Positions 51,671 through 64,000 of a DNA stretch of 64,000 nt are shown here, in pieces. The DNA is from Octopus sinensis (Eukaryota): positions 52,948,001 to 53,012,000 of the forward strand of contig NC_043007.1 of the NCBI RefSeq assembly GCF_006345805.1. Reading direction: 5' to 3'. The translations under genes and the position numbers were made by a program. Position 1 is the first letter of the stretch, and each line of letters opens with the position of its first letter. Under the pieces are notes generated by a model, which saw nothing but the letters and a program-made list of their open reading frames with translations, was not told the DNA's origin and ran no database searches.

Positions 51671-52278
51671 TTCCCTGAAGAGAAGATTACCGTAAATCCT
51701 CGAGTATAATCCGCATTTTTTCCCAAAATTTAAAGGTCAAAATCCCTAGTGCGTACTATATACAAGGTTAAAAGTGAAAAATATTTTCTAAGCAATGTCT
51801 GAGTTTCTATTTGCTGTCCGGCAATGTTTATTCAGACGCATTTTGTGATGTCGGGTGCAAAAATACATTAAGCTAAGCCTGAAAGCAATGCAGTCAGAAA
51901 AGAATCGTCCATAACTTGCAGTAAGCAACATTTATTAAAATAAAAGTATTCAGAACACAGAATAACATGTAACAAAAACAATTTGCAAACATATTTACAT
52001 TCCCATATAACAGTTAAGAACATCACCATTATTGTATTATGCATGCGCGGAAGTGTTTGTTCGACTAAGTGCTGCTGGTTTAATTATGCACGACTCAAGT
52101 TAGAGAAGGGGTGTATATTATACACAAGGTTTAGGTTTTTCAGAGGTACAGCCCCCTAAAAATCCACTGCATATTATACTCAAGGGCGAATTATACTCAA
52201 AGATTTACAGTACATTGTTTTACACCATTTTATTCCTTTGGAATAATACCAGTGATATCTTCGAAACATGTGTTGGAA
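51671..52278 (+). ncRNA. Hammerhead ribozyme motif interrupted by a MITE
   Basis: TTCC CTGAAGA GAAGAT [TA-MITE-TA] CATTG...CAGTGAT ATCTTC GAAAC ATGT GTT GGAA. Confidence 0.68.
51690..52210. mobile_element. Tc1/mariner/pogo-type MITE with TA target duplication
   Basis: TA|CCGTAAATCCTCGAGTATAAT ... ATTATACTCAAAGATTTACAG|TA. Confidence 0.88.
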
Positions 52279-52529
52279 GTAAAAGAATTTGAATAACACC
52301 TGCATTTAACTCCATTTATTTATTTGTATATATTATACAAAATATTTCACGTAAACCCGGAGTTTCTACCTTTAAAAACAAAGAGTTACAACCTTTTTAC
52401 TTGAGTGATTTTTTGCTAGCCTGGTAACTATTTATCTATTTTTCCATGTTAATTGTTAAGAAGGGAAAAATACACACATCTATTTATATATCTTTCATTC
52501 TTTTGTTGTCTTACCATTTCTATCAATAT

Positions 52530-53405
52530 ATCATCATCATCGTTTAACATCTGCTTTCCATGCTAGTATGGGTTGGACCATTTTGACTGAGGACTGGCAA
52601 ACCAGATGGCTGCACCAGACTCCAATCTTGATCTGGCTGAGTTTCTATAGCTGGATGCCCTTCTTAACGCCAACCACTCTGAGAGTGTAGCGGGTGCTTT
52701 TATGTGCCACCGGCACGAGGGCCAGTCAGGCGGTACTGGCAATGGCCATGCTCAAATGGTGTTTTTTACGTGCCACTTGCATAGGAGCCAGTCCAGCGGC
52801 ACTGGCAACGACCTTGCTCGAATGTTTTTTCATGTGCCAGGAAGGCAACGCTGGTAACAATCACGCTCGAATGGTGCTTTTTACGTGCCACCAGCACGGA
52901 ATCCAGTTAGCCACTCTGGCAACAATCATGCTCGGATGGTGCTCTTAGCACTCCACAAGCCTTGTTTCCCTGGGCATGGATTCACTGAAGCTCCGGCGTC
53001 TGGCGACGGACTTGGTAAACACCCACAAAGTTATCAACCACCTCACCAACAACAACACTGAACACCTTTTTGATCTCCATGTGTCTAACACACGTGGACA
53101 TGCCTACAAAGTCAGAAAACAATACAGCTCTCATGACTTTCGGAAACATTTTTTCACGCTCAGAGTTGCTGAAGCATAGAATAAACTGCCTGCGTCAGTT
53201 GTTGACTGCCATGACACTGCATCTTTTAAGGCCCTCATGCTTTCCGAAATCCGCCGAAACTACACCTGATTATATATACACTTTAGATGAGTTGTAGTGC
53301 ACCTGAGCACTGTACACAATTATTATTATTATTATTATTAAGCACAGATGCCAGTCATCAAATTTGATTTTGATTTCACTTGCCTCAACGGGTCTTCACA
53401 AGCAG
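52530..53405 (-). mobile_element. RTE LINE 3'UTR, interrupted by a CR1 fragment
   Basis: 52530-52955 and 53341-53405 are the reverse complement of the 50490-51000 UTR. Confidence 0.85.
52961..53340 (+). mobile_element. CR1-clade LINE 3' end
   Basis: LRRLATDL...TRGHAYKV...RKHFFTLRVAEA*NKLP is the CR1 C-terminal motif; (ATT)n tail. Confidence 0.85.
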
Positions 53406-53585
53406 TCAGATGCATATATTTGTTAGTGGTGCTTACATACACACCCCACCCAAACAAGCACACATCAACTGCTACATACAAGCATCTGCACACAACACAC
53501 ACACAAAATGCAAATCACTCCACACAATGCATGCATTAGGTTACTTGTACACATAGATGATAATCCCACTCACATGTACACGTCT

Positions 53586-53620
<35 letters not shown>

Positions 53621-53626
<6 letters not shown>

Positions 53627-53781
53627 AGTACATAAGATGCACATCACACCACAAAATGTATGCACTAGGTTACTTATACACATACACACATAATTCTAAG
53701 CTCGCCTACACATACATTGTATGTGTAAGTAACCTAGTGCATACATCTTGTGGTGTGATGTGCAATTTATGTACTGGTGTG
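53621..53781. repeat. ~65-bp-arm foldback hairpin
   Basis: CACACCAGTACATAAGATGCACATCACACCACAAAATGTATGCACTAGGTTACTTA versus its reverse complement at 53725-53781. Confidence 0.85.
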
Positions 53782-54189
53782 TCTTACCCCCATTCACACA
53801 TACATGCTAATACAAACACCATTCCCACAAAGACACGTGCTCGTGCATCCTAGTTCAACCAGGTCACTGTTATTATTATTTCCCTGTCACTCAGCCTCTT
53901 CCTTCTGGCCATTTCATCATATTGAACTGTTAACCCCTATACATTTTTTTCTTCTCTATCTGCTTTTTGTTTCAGTCTCTCTCCTTTTTTGCCTTTCTGT
54001 TGAAAAGCAGAGGTGTCAAGGTTGACAGGAAGCATTGATGCTTCCTAGGGCTAAATAGCGGTGGTGTGATTCCCTTTATGGGACTGTCACGTCAAGTTGA
54101 CAGTATACAACTGCTCAAAATATTAGTCTTTATCATCGTAATCAAAACGCAGAAAAAAAAGAGCTATCTCTTTATAAATAAAGATCAGT

Positions 54190-54800
54190 TACAATGAGAG
54201 GAGTTGAATCTCATAAGAATGGAAAAACAAACAATAACAAATGGGTTGTACCATATAATGAAACACTTAAGAGCATTCAAATGCCACTGCAACATTGAAA
54301 TCATTGCTTCACAGAGCTCAATTAAGTATGTCATCAAGTACACGTTGAAAGGAAATGACCAAGCTGTTCAAATAAACAATGATAATGAAATTAGTATATA
54401 TATAATAGTTAGGTATATTGGACCATCTAAAGCAGTCACATCCATTTTAGGATTTTTAATTCATGAAAGAGCACATGCAATAGTGAGACTGCAAGTTCAT
54501 CTACCAGATGAACAAAGAATATTACTCAGAAATAATGAGGATACATATGGCTGTCAATGAACAACATATGAAAACAACAATAACAGAATTCATTTCATTG
54601 TGCATCAATGATGACTTTGCAAAAACATTAATTTATGCTGAAGTATCCATGCATTTCACTTGGAACAAAGAAAGCAAGGAAAAAGTTGACAGTCATTTGA
54701 ACATTTTCAAAGAAGAAACACTTGGTTGTATTTATGTTGTCACACCAAAGGCAGGAGGACTGTGTTATTTAAGAATTTTAGCGCGTGAAGTTCGAAATAG
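54190..54800 (+). mobile_element. Second Helitron Rep fragment
   Basis: NKWVVPYN, FKCHCNIE, SIKYVIKYTLKGND, IVRLQVHLPDEQ, YLRIL. Confidence 0.8.
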
Positions 54801-54879
54801 TATTTTTTCTTTTGCTGCCATACAAAGACATTTTCAATTTGGAGTAGTTGTGACCCAATGGATCATGGGTATATCTAGT

Positions 54880-55663
54880 ATTTAACTAAGAGTAAACCAT
54901 TGCTCTTGGTATGTGTTGAGCTGAAGAAAGCCTTCAACAGTTTCTCACTCTGTGATATGGTGATCTGTAAGGAAGTCAGTGGTAGACAAATGGCTTGCAA
55001 AAGCCATACAAATCATGTGCAGGGGTGCTGTTAGTAAGGTGAGAGTTAGCCATGAGTAGAGTGAGGAATTTAGTGTATAAGATGGTGTTCACCAGAATTC
55101 AGTTTTCAGTCCTCTTCTTTTCATCATTGTCCTCCAGGCCACAACAGAAATTGGAGACTGACTGCCCCTAGGAACAACTATATGTTGATGATCTTGCTCT
55201 CAGAGCAGAATCTGTAACAGAATTACAGAAAATATTCCAAGTGTGGATGCAAAACTTGGAATTGAAGGGCCTTAAAGTTAACGTAGTAAAGACCAAAGTT
55301 CTAGCAAGTAGGAAAATAGATATGACTACTCACTACAGGTAAATGGCTCTGCTTGATATGTAGAAAAGTTGTAAGCAGGAAATTTTATACGGTGTATCCA
55401 GTGCAAAATATGAATGTACAAGAGATGCAGAGGAGTCACAGGAAGGCTAACAGAGAAAATAGTCTACATATGTCGAAGACGAAGGCTCCATGGGAAATTG
55501 ATTTTCTCAAATGCTCTGGAGGTTCCCTAGAAACAGTAGTTACATTTCTATTATCTAGGCAACCTAATTACCAGTGGAGAAGGATGTTCTTTAAGTATAA
55601 TTGTGTAATTTCCAGAATAAGATGGAGAGAGTTCATAGAGCTATTACTTCTGTTGGCAACAAA

Positions 55664-55730
<67 letters not shown>

Positions 55731-56150
55731 CCCAAGTAAAAAACAGATTACATGATGCTTGTGTTTGTAAGCAATGCTACATGGTAGTGAGACAGGAGTT
55801 CTCAGTTCAGAGGACACATGAAGACAGTATGCAATGTTGGATGTGTAATATCAATATGCATGTAGGACAAAGTGCCAATATATTGACGGAAAAGTTAAGC
55901 ATAAGAGAAATCAAATGTAGTGTGCAAGAGAGAAAACTGCACTAGTTTGGTATGTGATGTGTAAGGACAAGGATAGTTGCATAAAGTAATACTGTTCACT
56001 GAAAGTGAAAAGAAATTGTGGAAAAGGGAAGACATAGGATGAAGTATTGAAGACTGATTTTATGATGCTGAGTCTCATGGAGGAGATAACAGAGTATCAA
56101 GATAATTGGTGATTTGCTGTGCTTGAGAAGACTCATCCATTACAGTGAAA
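54880..56150 (+). mobile_element. Old degenerate RTE LINE containing a (CT)n expansion
   Basis: GVHQNSVFSPLLF and YVDD remnants; similar to the other RTE copies. Confidence 0.78.
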
Positions 56151-57584
56151 ATGACACCTTAAAACCACTTAGTATGCTTGTATATGCAGGGCCCTGTCCT
56201 CACTCCTTTCTCTCTGCCTCATCAAGCATTTCTCCCAATCCTCATACTCTATCTATGGTAGTACTTAGCTGCTGTAGTCCCCTGAGAGCAGAATCAGCAC
56301 ATATTACATCCCCTCCCACCTGGTAACCTTCTCAACCCATCCTGGAACCACTTCTATTCCTTATCATCTTTACCCACATAATTTCTACCAATCACCTTCA
56401 GCCACTGTTCTCTCCCTCCTCCACTTTTAACACTTTTTATCTGCTATTATTCACATATCTATCATCATGCCCAACTTACTTTATGTACCTCTATATCTCT
56501 CCTCTCCCCACTGCTCCAATACATTGTACATTATCTGACTACTTTTTGAGCTACTCTCTTTCCTGAACCATTCTTATGTCTTCACTATACCCCTCTCTAT
56601 ACTGGTCTTTCCTTTCAACCACACCACCACCCTTGTTCATCACTCACTATGTTCACCTCTACCTCCATCTTTAATCATCTGTTACTTCCCTTTCATGCTC
56701 TCATGAAAGTATTCACTCCCTCATACCCTCTCATTCACTGCCTGTATCCTCTTTTACGCTCTTGTACCTTGAGAGTTTGCTCTAGCACTCCGTTACCACC
56801 TTCCTTTTATCTCTTTCAGTCATGTATCTCCTCTGCAGCAAGATACAGAATCTTTTCCTCTTTCTTTTCCTGTCTTGCAAGTTTACACAGCAACCTCACT
56901 AGAGCTGGTGGCATGAAAAAGCCAACCAGTATATTCTGTAAGTTGTTGGTGTTAGGAAAGACATCCAGCCACCAAAACTATACCTAGCTGACACTGAAGC
57001 ATGGTACAGTCTTGTAGCTTACCAGATTCTGTCAAACGATCCAACCCATGCCAGCATGGAAAAACAGACATCATGATGATGATGATGTCCACTCTATTTT
57101 CTTGGGCTAACCAAGTCTATTTTTGTATTTTCCTGGATTGTTTTTGATTCATTATTAGTCCAACAGACATATGTACCTATTTCAAAAATGGCCAAATCTG
57201 TGGTGTCAGTATCATAAGTTGTTGCAGGATAGATGAATGGACATGACAGATAAACAAGGTTATAAAAAAAGTTGAGACAAGTAACAGAAAAAAGATAATG
57301 CTTAAAAACCAAGTGGTAAATAAAAACAAGTTATAAGGAGAACAGGTAAAAAATGGAACAGGCATATAGACAAGGACAGTAACAGAAAAATATAAAGTCA
57401 GTGACTTAACAGTTGCATGTAATACTGCTTTCAGCCTTGAGGAAAAGAATTTTAAAATTACACTAAGCCAGAACAAAAAAAGAAGCTAATGACTTGAGCA
57501 ATGGTCAATTCAAAAAAGAATAATATGTATGAGAAACAGGAAAAGGAAGGCTTCATGGTGCCATGTGAGAGGGGAGAGAAGGAA

Positions 57585-58330
57585 AGAGTAAGCCATTGTA
57601 CTTGGAGAAAGCTTTTGACAGAGTTCCTTGTTCTGTTATCTGGTGATCTCTACGGATGTTAGGAGTAGATGAGTGGCTTGTTAGATCTGTACAAGCCATG
57701 TACAGTGTCAGTAGAGTGAGAGTCAGCCAGGAATACAGTGATGAATTTAACACACAAGTAGGGTCCACAAGGGTTCCATTCTCAGTCCACTATTATTTAT
57801 CATAGTCCTCCAGGCCGTAACAGAGGAATTCAAAATGGGGTGCCCGTGGGAACTACTATATACTGATGACCTTGCAGTGTTATCAGAGAGAATAGAGATG
57901 TGGCAGGTGAGAAATGTGTGCAAATGGATAATGGTATGCTTGAAATGGTCCAGGGCTTTCCCAGTTTTTATATCCATAATTGCCATATCTATTATACTAC
58001 CTTCAACTCTGATAGCTGGTCCCTCAATTGATTCAATATTTGAATCATTCTCCACGTTTAATAAACTTTCATAATAGCATCTTCATGCATCTTTCTTCTC
58101 TGAGTCACTAAGCACAAATATATCATTATCCATTCGCACAAATTTCTCACCCACCCACCTCTGATAACACTGCTTTGCACCTCACATCTCTGATCCTCAT
58201 ACTGTAAGACATTGGAAGACTTCTTATCTTCTGCGATTCTTTTTGCTGCCCTTCTGGCTACCTGATATTCTCTACTGTAATTAGTCAAAGGCTGAATCAC
58301 ACATTTCTCATCTTTTTCTGCACTACCAGT
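57585..58330. mobile_element. Two degenerate RTE fragments in opposite orientation
   Basis: Plus strand EKAFDRVP...GCPWELLYTDD (57585-57880). Minus strand EGPAIRV...IKTGKA (57930-58330). Confidence 0.7.
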
Positions 58331-58681
58331 TATCTTTTTTACTACCCAGAACCATTTCACTTGAGATCCATTCTTCATTCTTAACAATGTCCTTTCCTAT
58401 TTACATTTTACATGAATCACCTTACTTTTGTATGCTATAAATTATCTCTCTCCTTCTCCAATGAATCATTTCAGCTTGGCTTTCTGCTAACACTATATAT
58501 CTCTCACTCCCTATACAGTCCTTCATTCATATTTTACATTGATCACCCATCTATGTTACCAAATTATCTCTCACTCTCCTCTAAATTACTTCCTACTGAT
58601 TTGCACCATACATCTCTCACTCACCCCACACACTATATCTCTCCCACTTCCTTCACATTCTTACAACCAATCTACTCATAC

Positions 58682-58735
<54 letters not shown>

Positions 58736-59058
58736 GTCATTGTCTCTTCTTTCCTTTATTTCCTCCAACTTATATTTACCACTGAAACCTCCCCTGCCCC
58801 AACCCTGGTTCATCATTCAGTACATTCGCATTCCTACTCCATCTCTTACAATGCCTTGGTATCATGTTGATCTGTCTTTTGAGATACATAGCAGACTCAA
58901 TAGTGTTGGTCCAGAAAAAATGCACTCTATAAAGTGGTTAATATTAAGAAGGAAGTCCAGCCACAAAAATCATGCCAAAGCAAGCATGATGTTGTCCTTT
59001 GGCCCATCAAATTCTGTCAATCCACCCAACCCTAACTAGCAGAGAAGACAGGCATTAT

Positions 59059-59277
59059 CCCTTTTGTTACCATATTTCTGTTGAGATGTTCTGTGTTTCT
59101 TTCAATTAATTATAAATATAACAAAGAGTTTACGAAAATAACTAATCATTAAGATAGTGTCAGGAAGATAAATTGTGACTAAGGTTTCAAGGAAGATTTT
59201 AATTCGGAACTTTTGAAAACAATATATTTATACTACAGAGCCAGTGGTTTCAGGCGGGTTAGTATCAAAAGGGTTAA
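59059..59277. mobile_element. piggyBac-type MITE
   Basis: CCCTTTTGTTACC ... GTATCAAAAGGG followed by TTAA. Confidence 0.7.
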
Positions 59278-59491
59278 AAGATGATGATGATATAATTATA
59301 GACAAACATTGATGAACATATATACACACTTTCATGTATATACATAATTTGTAAACAAAATTTACTACATCTCAGTAATCTTGATTGCCATAAGCACACA
59401 TGCATGCAGGCATATGAAAAAAAAACAACACAATACTAAATTTTAATATTAAAAGAAATTTGAAACTTTAAAAACATCAGTGATTACTTAC

Positions 59492-59618
59492 ATCATCAGA
59501 TAAAGGTTGCGGATCAACTGTTGGCCGATTTAGTTTTGCAGTAACATATTTATTAAGTTCTGCTAATAGCATCTTGTTAATAACTTTCTCAAGTTCTGCT
59601 AATTGAGAGCCCAAATGC
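59492..59618 (-). CDS. VPS54: VPS54 internal coding exon
   Basis: Acceptor TTTTTTACAG|, donor |GTAAGT. 127 nt; the first G completes the Arg codon, then HLGSQLAELEKVINKMLLAELNKYVTAKLNRPTVDPQPLSDD (VPS54 HLGSQLxELEKxIxKM...LNRP). Confidence 0.93.
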
Positions 59619-59771
59619 CTGTAAAAAATAATTATTGATAATAGTAAAACACAGATTCTGGGATGGCTATGTGTTTAAGAAGTTTACTTAGCAATGGGAG
59701 AGAACCTAAAATTATGATTTTTTAAAGCAAACTTTGTAACCACAAAGCCATGCCACTGTTTATAATGTAAG

Positions 59772-60918
59772 CAGGGTATATCAAGAAATGGAGAAACACA
59801 TTGAATGATTATTACATCAGTGTTTATTAAATATAATTCATTTTCAAAGTTTAATAAAATCTACAGGCAGAATTTCGTTTTGTTTATATGAATGCCAGTT
59901 TTCAAACTTTGACTGTTCTGGTCCAAGCACTGCTGATAATATGCAGCTATGAAATTGCAAATATCAAAAAACATTTCATTAGTATTTGTACATATTCTTA
60001 TTCTATGGCTGTCCTCAATTCATCGACTGTTGCCAGTTTTGTACCATAAACTCTATCTTTTAAATATCACCATAAAAACGCCTAATGGTATGAGGTCCAG
60101 TAAACTAGTAGTGTGGGATGAACTATCTTGCTGGAAATAAAACTCCACCATCAAAGTTCTTTTGAATGCTATGCATGACAGAATGTCACAGCAAGTTTAA
60201 GTATATGGACCAGTCACAGTACAGTAAAAAAAGAATGTCAAATTAATTGTTTTGATGATAAGCCACACCATACAGTAACTCCTTGCAAACTAACATGATG
60301 TTCCTCCATAACATGCAGATTCTTAGGTCACCAGTAAGTGTAACTGTGACAGTTAATTGAGCCATTTAATTTAAATGTAGCCCCATCATTCCAAGCCATC
60401 TTTGTTGGAAAGTGTGAATCTTTCACACATCTTGCCAAGTACCACTCTCAAAAACTCCACAATCATCTTCATTGGGAGCATAGACTATCAACCTTTCCAA
60501 ATATAGTAATTTAAAATGTGATGGATGCTTGACTTTGAGATTCCTCTCACATGATTTACTTGCCATGCAGATTTTCTTGAACTCTAACAATATGTTTCTA
60601 ATATCCTTTCTTACTTTGTGGGGTTCATCAATATCTGCAGTCTTCCAAAACATTTCTTGTGGGCATTCTGAAAATTCTATCTGCTTCAAACTTATCTCTA
60701 ATTCAACTGATGGTTAGACATGTAGGTGGATCTGTTTGAAACTCCCACTTAAACTGTTTTATGCATTTTCATTGTTTTCAAATTTCCAATTGCGCTTTAG
60801 GATAAATTTCCTTTGTTCAAAACTGAATCTGATTTCCTTCATTATTCGTAATGGATTAAAACTAAAAAGAAATGAAAATTAAGTGAGTTACCAACTGCTA
60901 AAGTGTGTTTACACTCTG
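59772..60918 (-). mobile_element. Degenerate Tc1/mariner-superfamily (DUF4817-type) transposase
   Basis: Minus-strand remnants [37 protein letters not shown]...KDRVY. Confidence 0.68.
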
Positions 60919-60987
60919 TATACATAAAACCTACAATGATGATGATGATGACGATGATATAAAGTTACATGAAAATCAATGACATAC

Positions 60988-61130
60988 CTGAAAGAATGAA
61001 TACCAGCTAGTTCTTGAGCTAAGACTTCTTGTGTAGTAGATATGAGATCCAGGGCTCCTACAAACTCATTAGTTGACAAGAGTAACTGTATTGTTGGTTG
61101 AGTTTGATGTACAGTTGATATCAATTTCAA
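60988..61130 (-). CDS. VPS54: VPS54 internal coding exon (first in window)
   Basis: Translates LKLISTVHQTQPTIQLLLSTNEFVGALDLISTTQEVLAQELAGIHSF(R), very like the metazoan VPS54 segment LMATVHQTQPTVQVLLSTSEFVGALDLIATTQEVLQQELQGIHSFR. Acceptor TTCATTTCAG|, donor AG|GTATGT. 143 nt, phase 0 to 2. Confidence 0.93.
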
Positions 61131-61774
61131 CTGAAATGAAAATACAAATAATTTTGTTAAAATTCTTGTTCCTCTGGTTCCTTACATTCTAGGTGGTGAA
61201 TTAGCAGAGTGTTATAGCATTGGCTAATCTTACTAAGGTCAACTTTGCTTTTCATCCTTTTAGGGGTCAATAAAAAATATCAATCCAAGGCATTAGATTG
61301 GCAGGACTTTAAAAACACTAAAACAGATACCCAGTGGTATTTATTCCAGTTCTTTCATTCTTTTGGATTTGAGAAAACAGGTACCTCAAACAAGATACCT
61401 TATGGCATTTTTTCTGCATAATTTACATTCTGACTTCAAATTCTGCCATGGCCTAATTGGGTGGCATAAATAATCAATTACCCAGTTTAACATTACCACC
61501 TGACACCTTGTGTACCCTTAGTGAATTCCACTCTGCTGCAATTCAGGCTTTGTCTCCAGTTTGAGGACACCTTTCATCTTCCCTCCCTCTTCCCATTCTT
61601 AGAGGTTCTATAGAGAGTCTAGAAACAGGAGTTAACAAAAAAAAAAACACATTCTAATTAGCATATAAAAATAATTTTTCCAAAACATCTCTAAAATACA
61701 ATAATCTATCTTAACCTGCCCTTTTTTCATTTGTTTTCCCACTAAACACCTAATTCAGAAACCTAACACCATTT

Positions 61775-61815
<41 letters not shown>

Positions 61816-62444
61816 CACACAGCATCATCATTTTGTATCTACTTTTCATGAAGGCATGGGTTGGATGGATCATTCATGCACTCCTACATGAGTTGGAGGA
61901 CCACATCTTACTTTTAATTTTCATTTCTGGTTTGTTTTCTATGGCTGGGTGACTTATCAGTGTCTACTGAGTGAATTTTTTGTAGCCCCAGTACTAGAGA
62001 GAATAAGAGTGAGAGAGTAATAGATAATAAGATGTGGATAAAGGGTGACAATATATGGTGGATGATAATGCCAAATGGCCATGGGAAGAATGTGAAGTAC
62101 ATGCAGATTTCATAAAGTACTTTATGCATATGCCTCGACACAAGATGGATGAGAGGCATAGAATGAGAAAGGGAGAGGTGGAGTGTTGGAATCAAGGTCA
62201 GACAGATCCAGTAGGTATCCCATGTTCTAAAAGGATGAACAGAACATTATCATTAATCACACAGGCACCATAGTACTAAGTGAGTGAAAAGAAGAGAGTG
62301 ATTGAAAGATGAGCAATTAGGATACTAGCAAGACAGGCATGGGTGATAAAGGTATAGTTGATAAATGCAGAAGTGACAAATGAGTGATAAGTGGAACAGA
62401 GAGAAAATACATTATCAAGGAGGCCAAAAATATCAACTTGACAA

Positions 62445-63115
62445 TAGGCATGAAATCAAAAGGCTTCAAAGTTAACTTAGCAAAAACCAAAGTTTTAATA
62501 AGTAGGAAAACAAACAGGACTGCTTCCATCAGGGAAATGGCTTTGTTCAATAGGTAGAAAAGGAATAGGTAAGAATTGCATACAGTGTGCTCAAAACTGG
62601 TCTTGCAGGAGAGTTAACAAAGCAGACTATGTATGTGACAGATGTGCAGAAGCAATAAATACTAAAAATGCATGGGATATAGATTTTCTTGAATGCCCTG
62701 GTAGATCCTGGAAGTAATGGGTAGCTTCTGTTAATAGTGGAGAAGAGTGCGCTAAAAGTATAGCTGCTAGATTAAGAACAAGTTGGAGAAAGTTCAGAGA
62801 GTTATTATCTCTATTAATGACAAAAGGTTTCCCTAACAGAGTGTAAAGCAGATTGTATAATGCTTGTGTATGAACAGCAATGTTATACAATAGCCAGATG
62901 TGGGTCCTGAATATATGTGAAGACAAAAAAGAAATGAAGCTAACATGCTCTGTTGTAAGTGCAATATAAGTGTGCATGAACAACAAGGTACAAATATGTA
63001 TTAAGAGAAAAATTGAGCACATAAGGAATCAGATGTAGTGTGCAAGAGAGAAACTACATTAGTATGCTCATGCGATGTGTATAGAAGAGGACAGTTGTAT
63101 AAAGAAGTGCCAATT
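62445..63115 (+). mobile_element. Old degenerate RTE LINE fragment
   Basis: KGFKVNLAKTKVLISRK and FRELLSLL remnants. Confidence 0.75.
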
Positions 63116-63714
63116 GCTTCAGCATTTAAACCAGTCATATCCTACTTGTTTTATGTTCAAGCTCTCGCACCAACTCTACAATATCGTTCTAAAAATTAAC
63201 AGCTACCTCACCAAAATCTTCTGCCTCGTCTCAAGGCTCACCCTCCCATTTCATCCCAACTATCTTTATTTCTCTTTCCAGCTCCAGACCAATTATACAA
63301 CCTGCTCTTGTATCATACAAGCAGCCATGTTCCACCTTTATAGCAAGAAACCTGTTCCAGCTCCTTCCATCATACTTCAATCTTTCATCACCTCCCTCTC
63401 TACTTATAGTTCCATGTATCTTGTGAAGCTACAAGATACATGGCAACTGCACTTGTGCTGGTATCACAATAAAAGCACCAAATACACTCAGTAAAGTGAT
63501 TGGTATTAGTAACAGGATTCAACTATAGAAACCGTGACAAAGAAGACTAATGCAATCTTCAGACCTGTTGGATCTATCAGACCATCTAACCCAGGTCAGC
63601 ATAGAACATGGACATGAAAAGATGATGATAGTGATGATAATATTCACATGTGTGTGTGCATGCATGTGTGTGTACACACACAGACAGACCAATACATCCA
63701 TACATACATTCCTA

Positions 63715-64000
63715 GGTGAAGAGTGTAAATCCCAACATAGGCTACTAGTTTGTGTCTTCAGAATTAAGTCTAGAGAGACATGGAGAAGTAAATCATGCTG
63801 GACAAGATTATGGAAGCTCAAAGACCCAGCAAACCAACAAAAATTTAGAGCCATTCTACTAGAAGCCTCTGATGATAGAGAGGAGGAGGAAGGGACATAT
63901 AGCAAAGAGGATAATTGGAAGTTCCTGCAGGACAATTTATTGGGTGCCACTAACCAAATCTGTGGTTGGTGCGAAGTCCCAGCTAGGCCAAGGGTGATAT
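63715..64000 (+). mobile_element. RTE LINE fragment (end of APE and linker), running off the window
   Basis: FLGEECKSQHRLLV...WKLKDPANQQKF..NWKFLQDNLL parallels ORF 31547-32467. Confidence 0.8.

Noticed and set aside
57160-57225. Hammerhead-like motif on the minus strand (CTTATGA…GAAA…GTC)
   Set aside because: The core is mutated and the stems are unconvincing.
60909-61130. Stand-alone 73-aa ORF with a His-rich tail
   Set aside because: It is a VPS54 exon read through the donor at 60987 into intronic (CAT)n.

Overview
Eukaryotic, AT-rich, repeat-dense genomic DNA. The SINE, RTE and (TA)n/(CAT)n landscape suggests an octopus or other coleoid cephalopod; this is an inference. The whole window lies inside one minus-strand host gene, VPS54 (GARP complex subunit). 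Five short internal exons (60988-61130, 59492-59618, 47572-47679, 27418-27476, 2678-2774) have canonical GT-AG sites and compatible phases, separated by introns of about 1.4, 11.8, 20.1 and 24.6 kb. The introns are filled with decayed mobile elements: many RTE-clade LINE copies (one with APE plus RT), a CR1 3' end, Penelope-like elements (PLEs), Tc1/mariner, piggyBac, Helitrons, tRNA-derived SINEs and microsatellites. Four observations stand out. (1) An orphan exon fragment of cytoplasmic dynein heavy chain with its own splice donor lies in the sense orientation of a VPS54 intron and could act as a poison exon. (2) Several minimal hammerhead-ribozyme motifs in PLE-like units are sense to the VPS54 pre-mRNA. 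(3) One hammerhead is split by a TA-target MITE inserted in its stem II. (4) Many inverted repeats could form dsRNA in the pre-mRNA. All calls come from reading the sequence and recalled family motifs; no database search was run.
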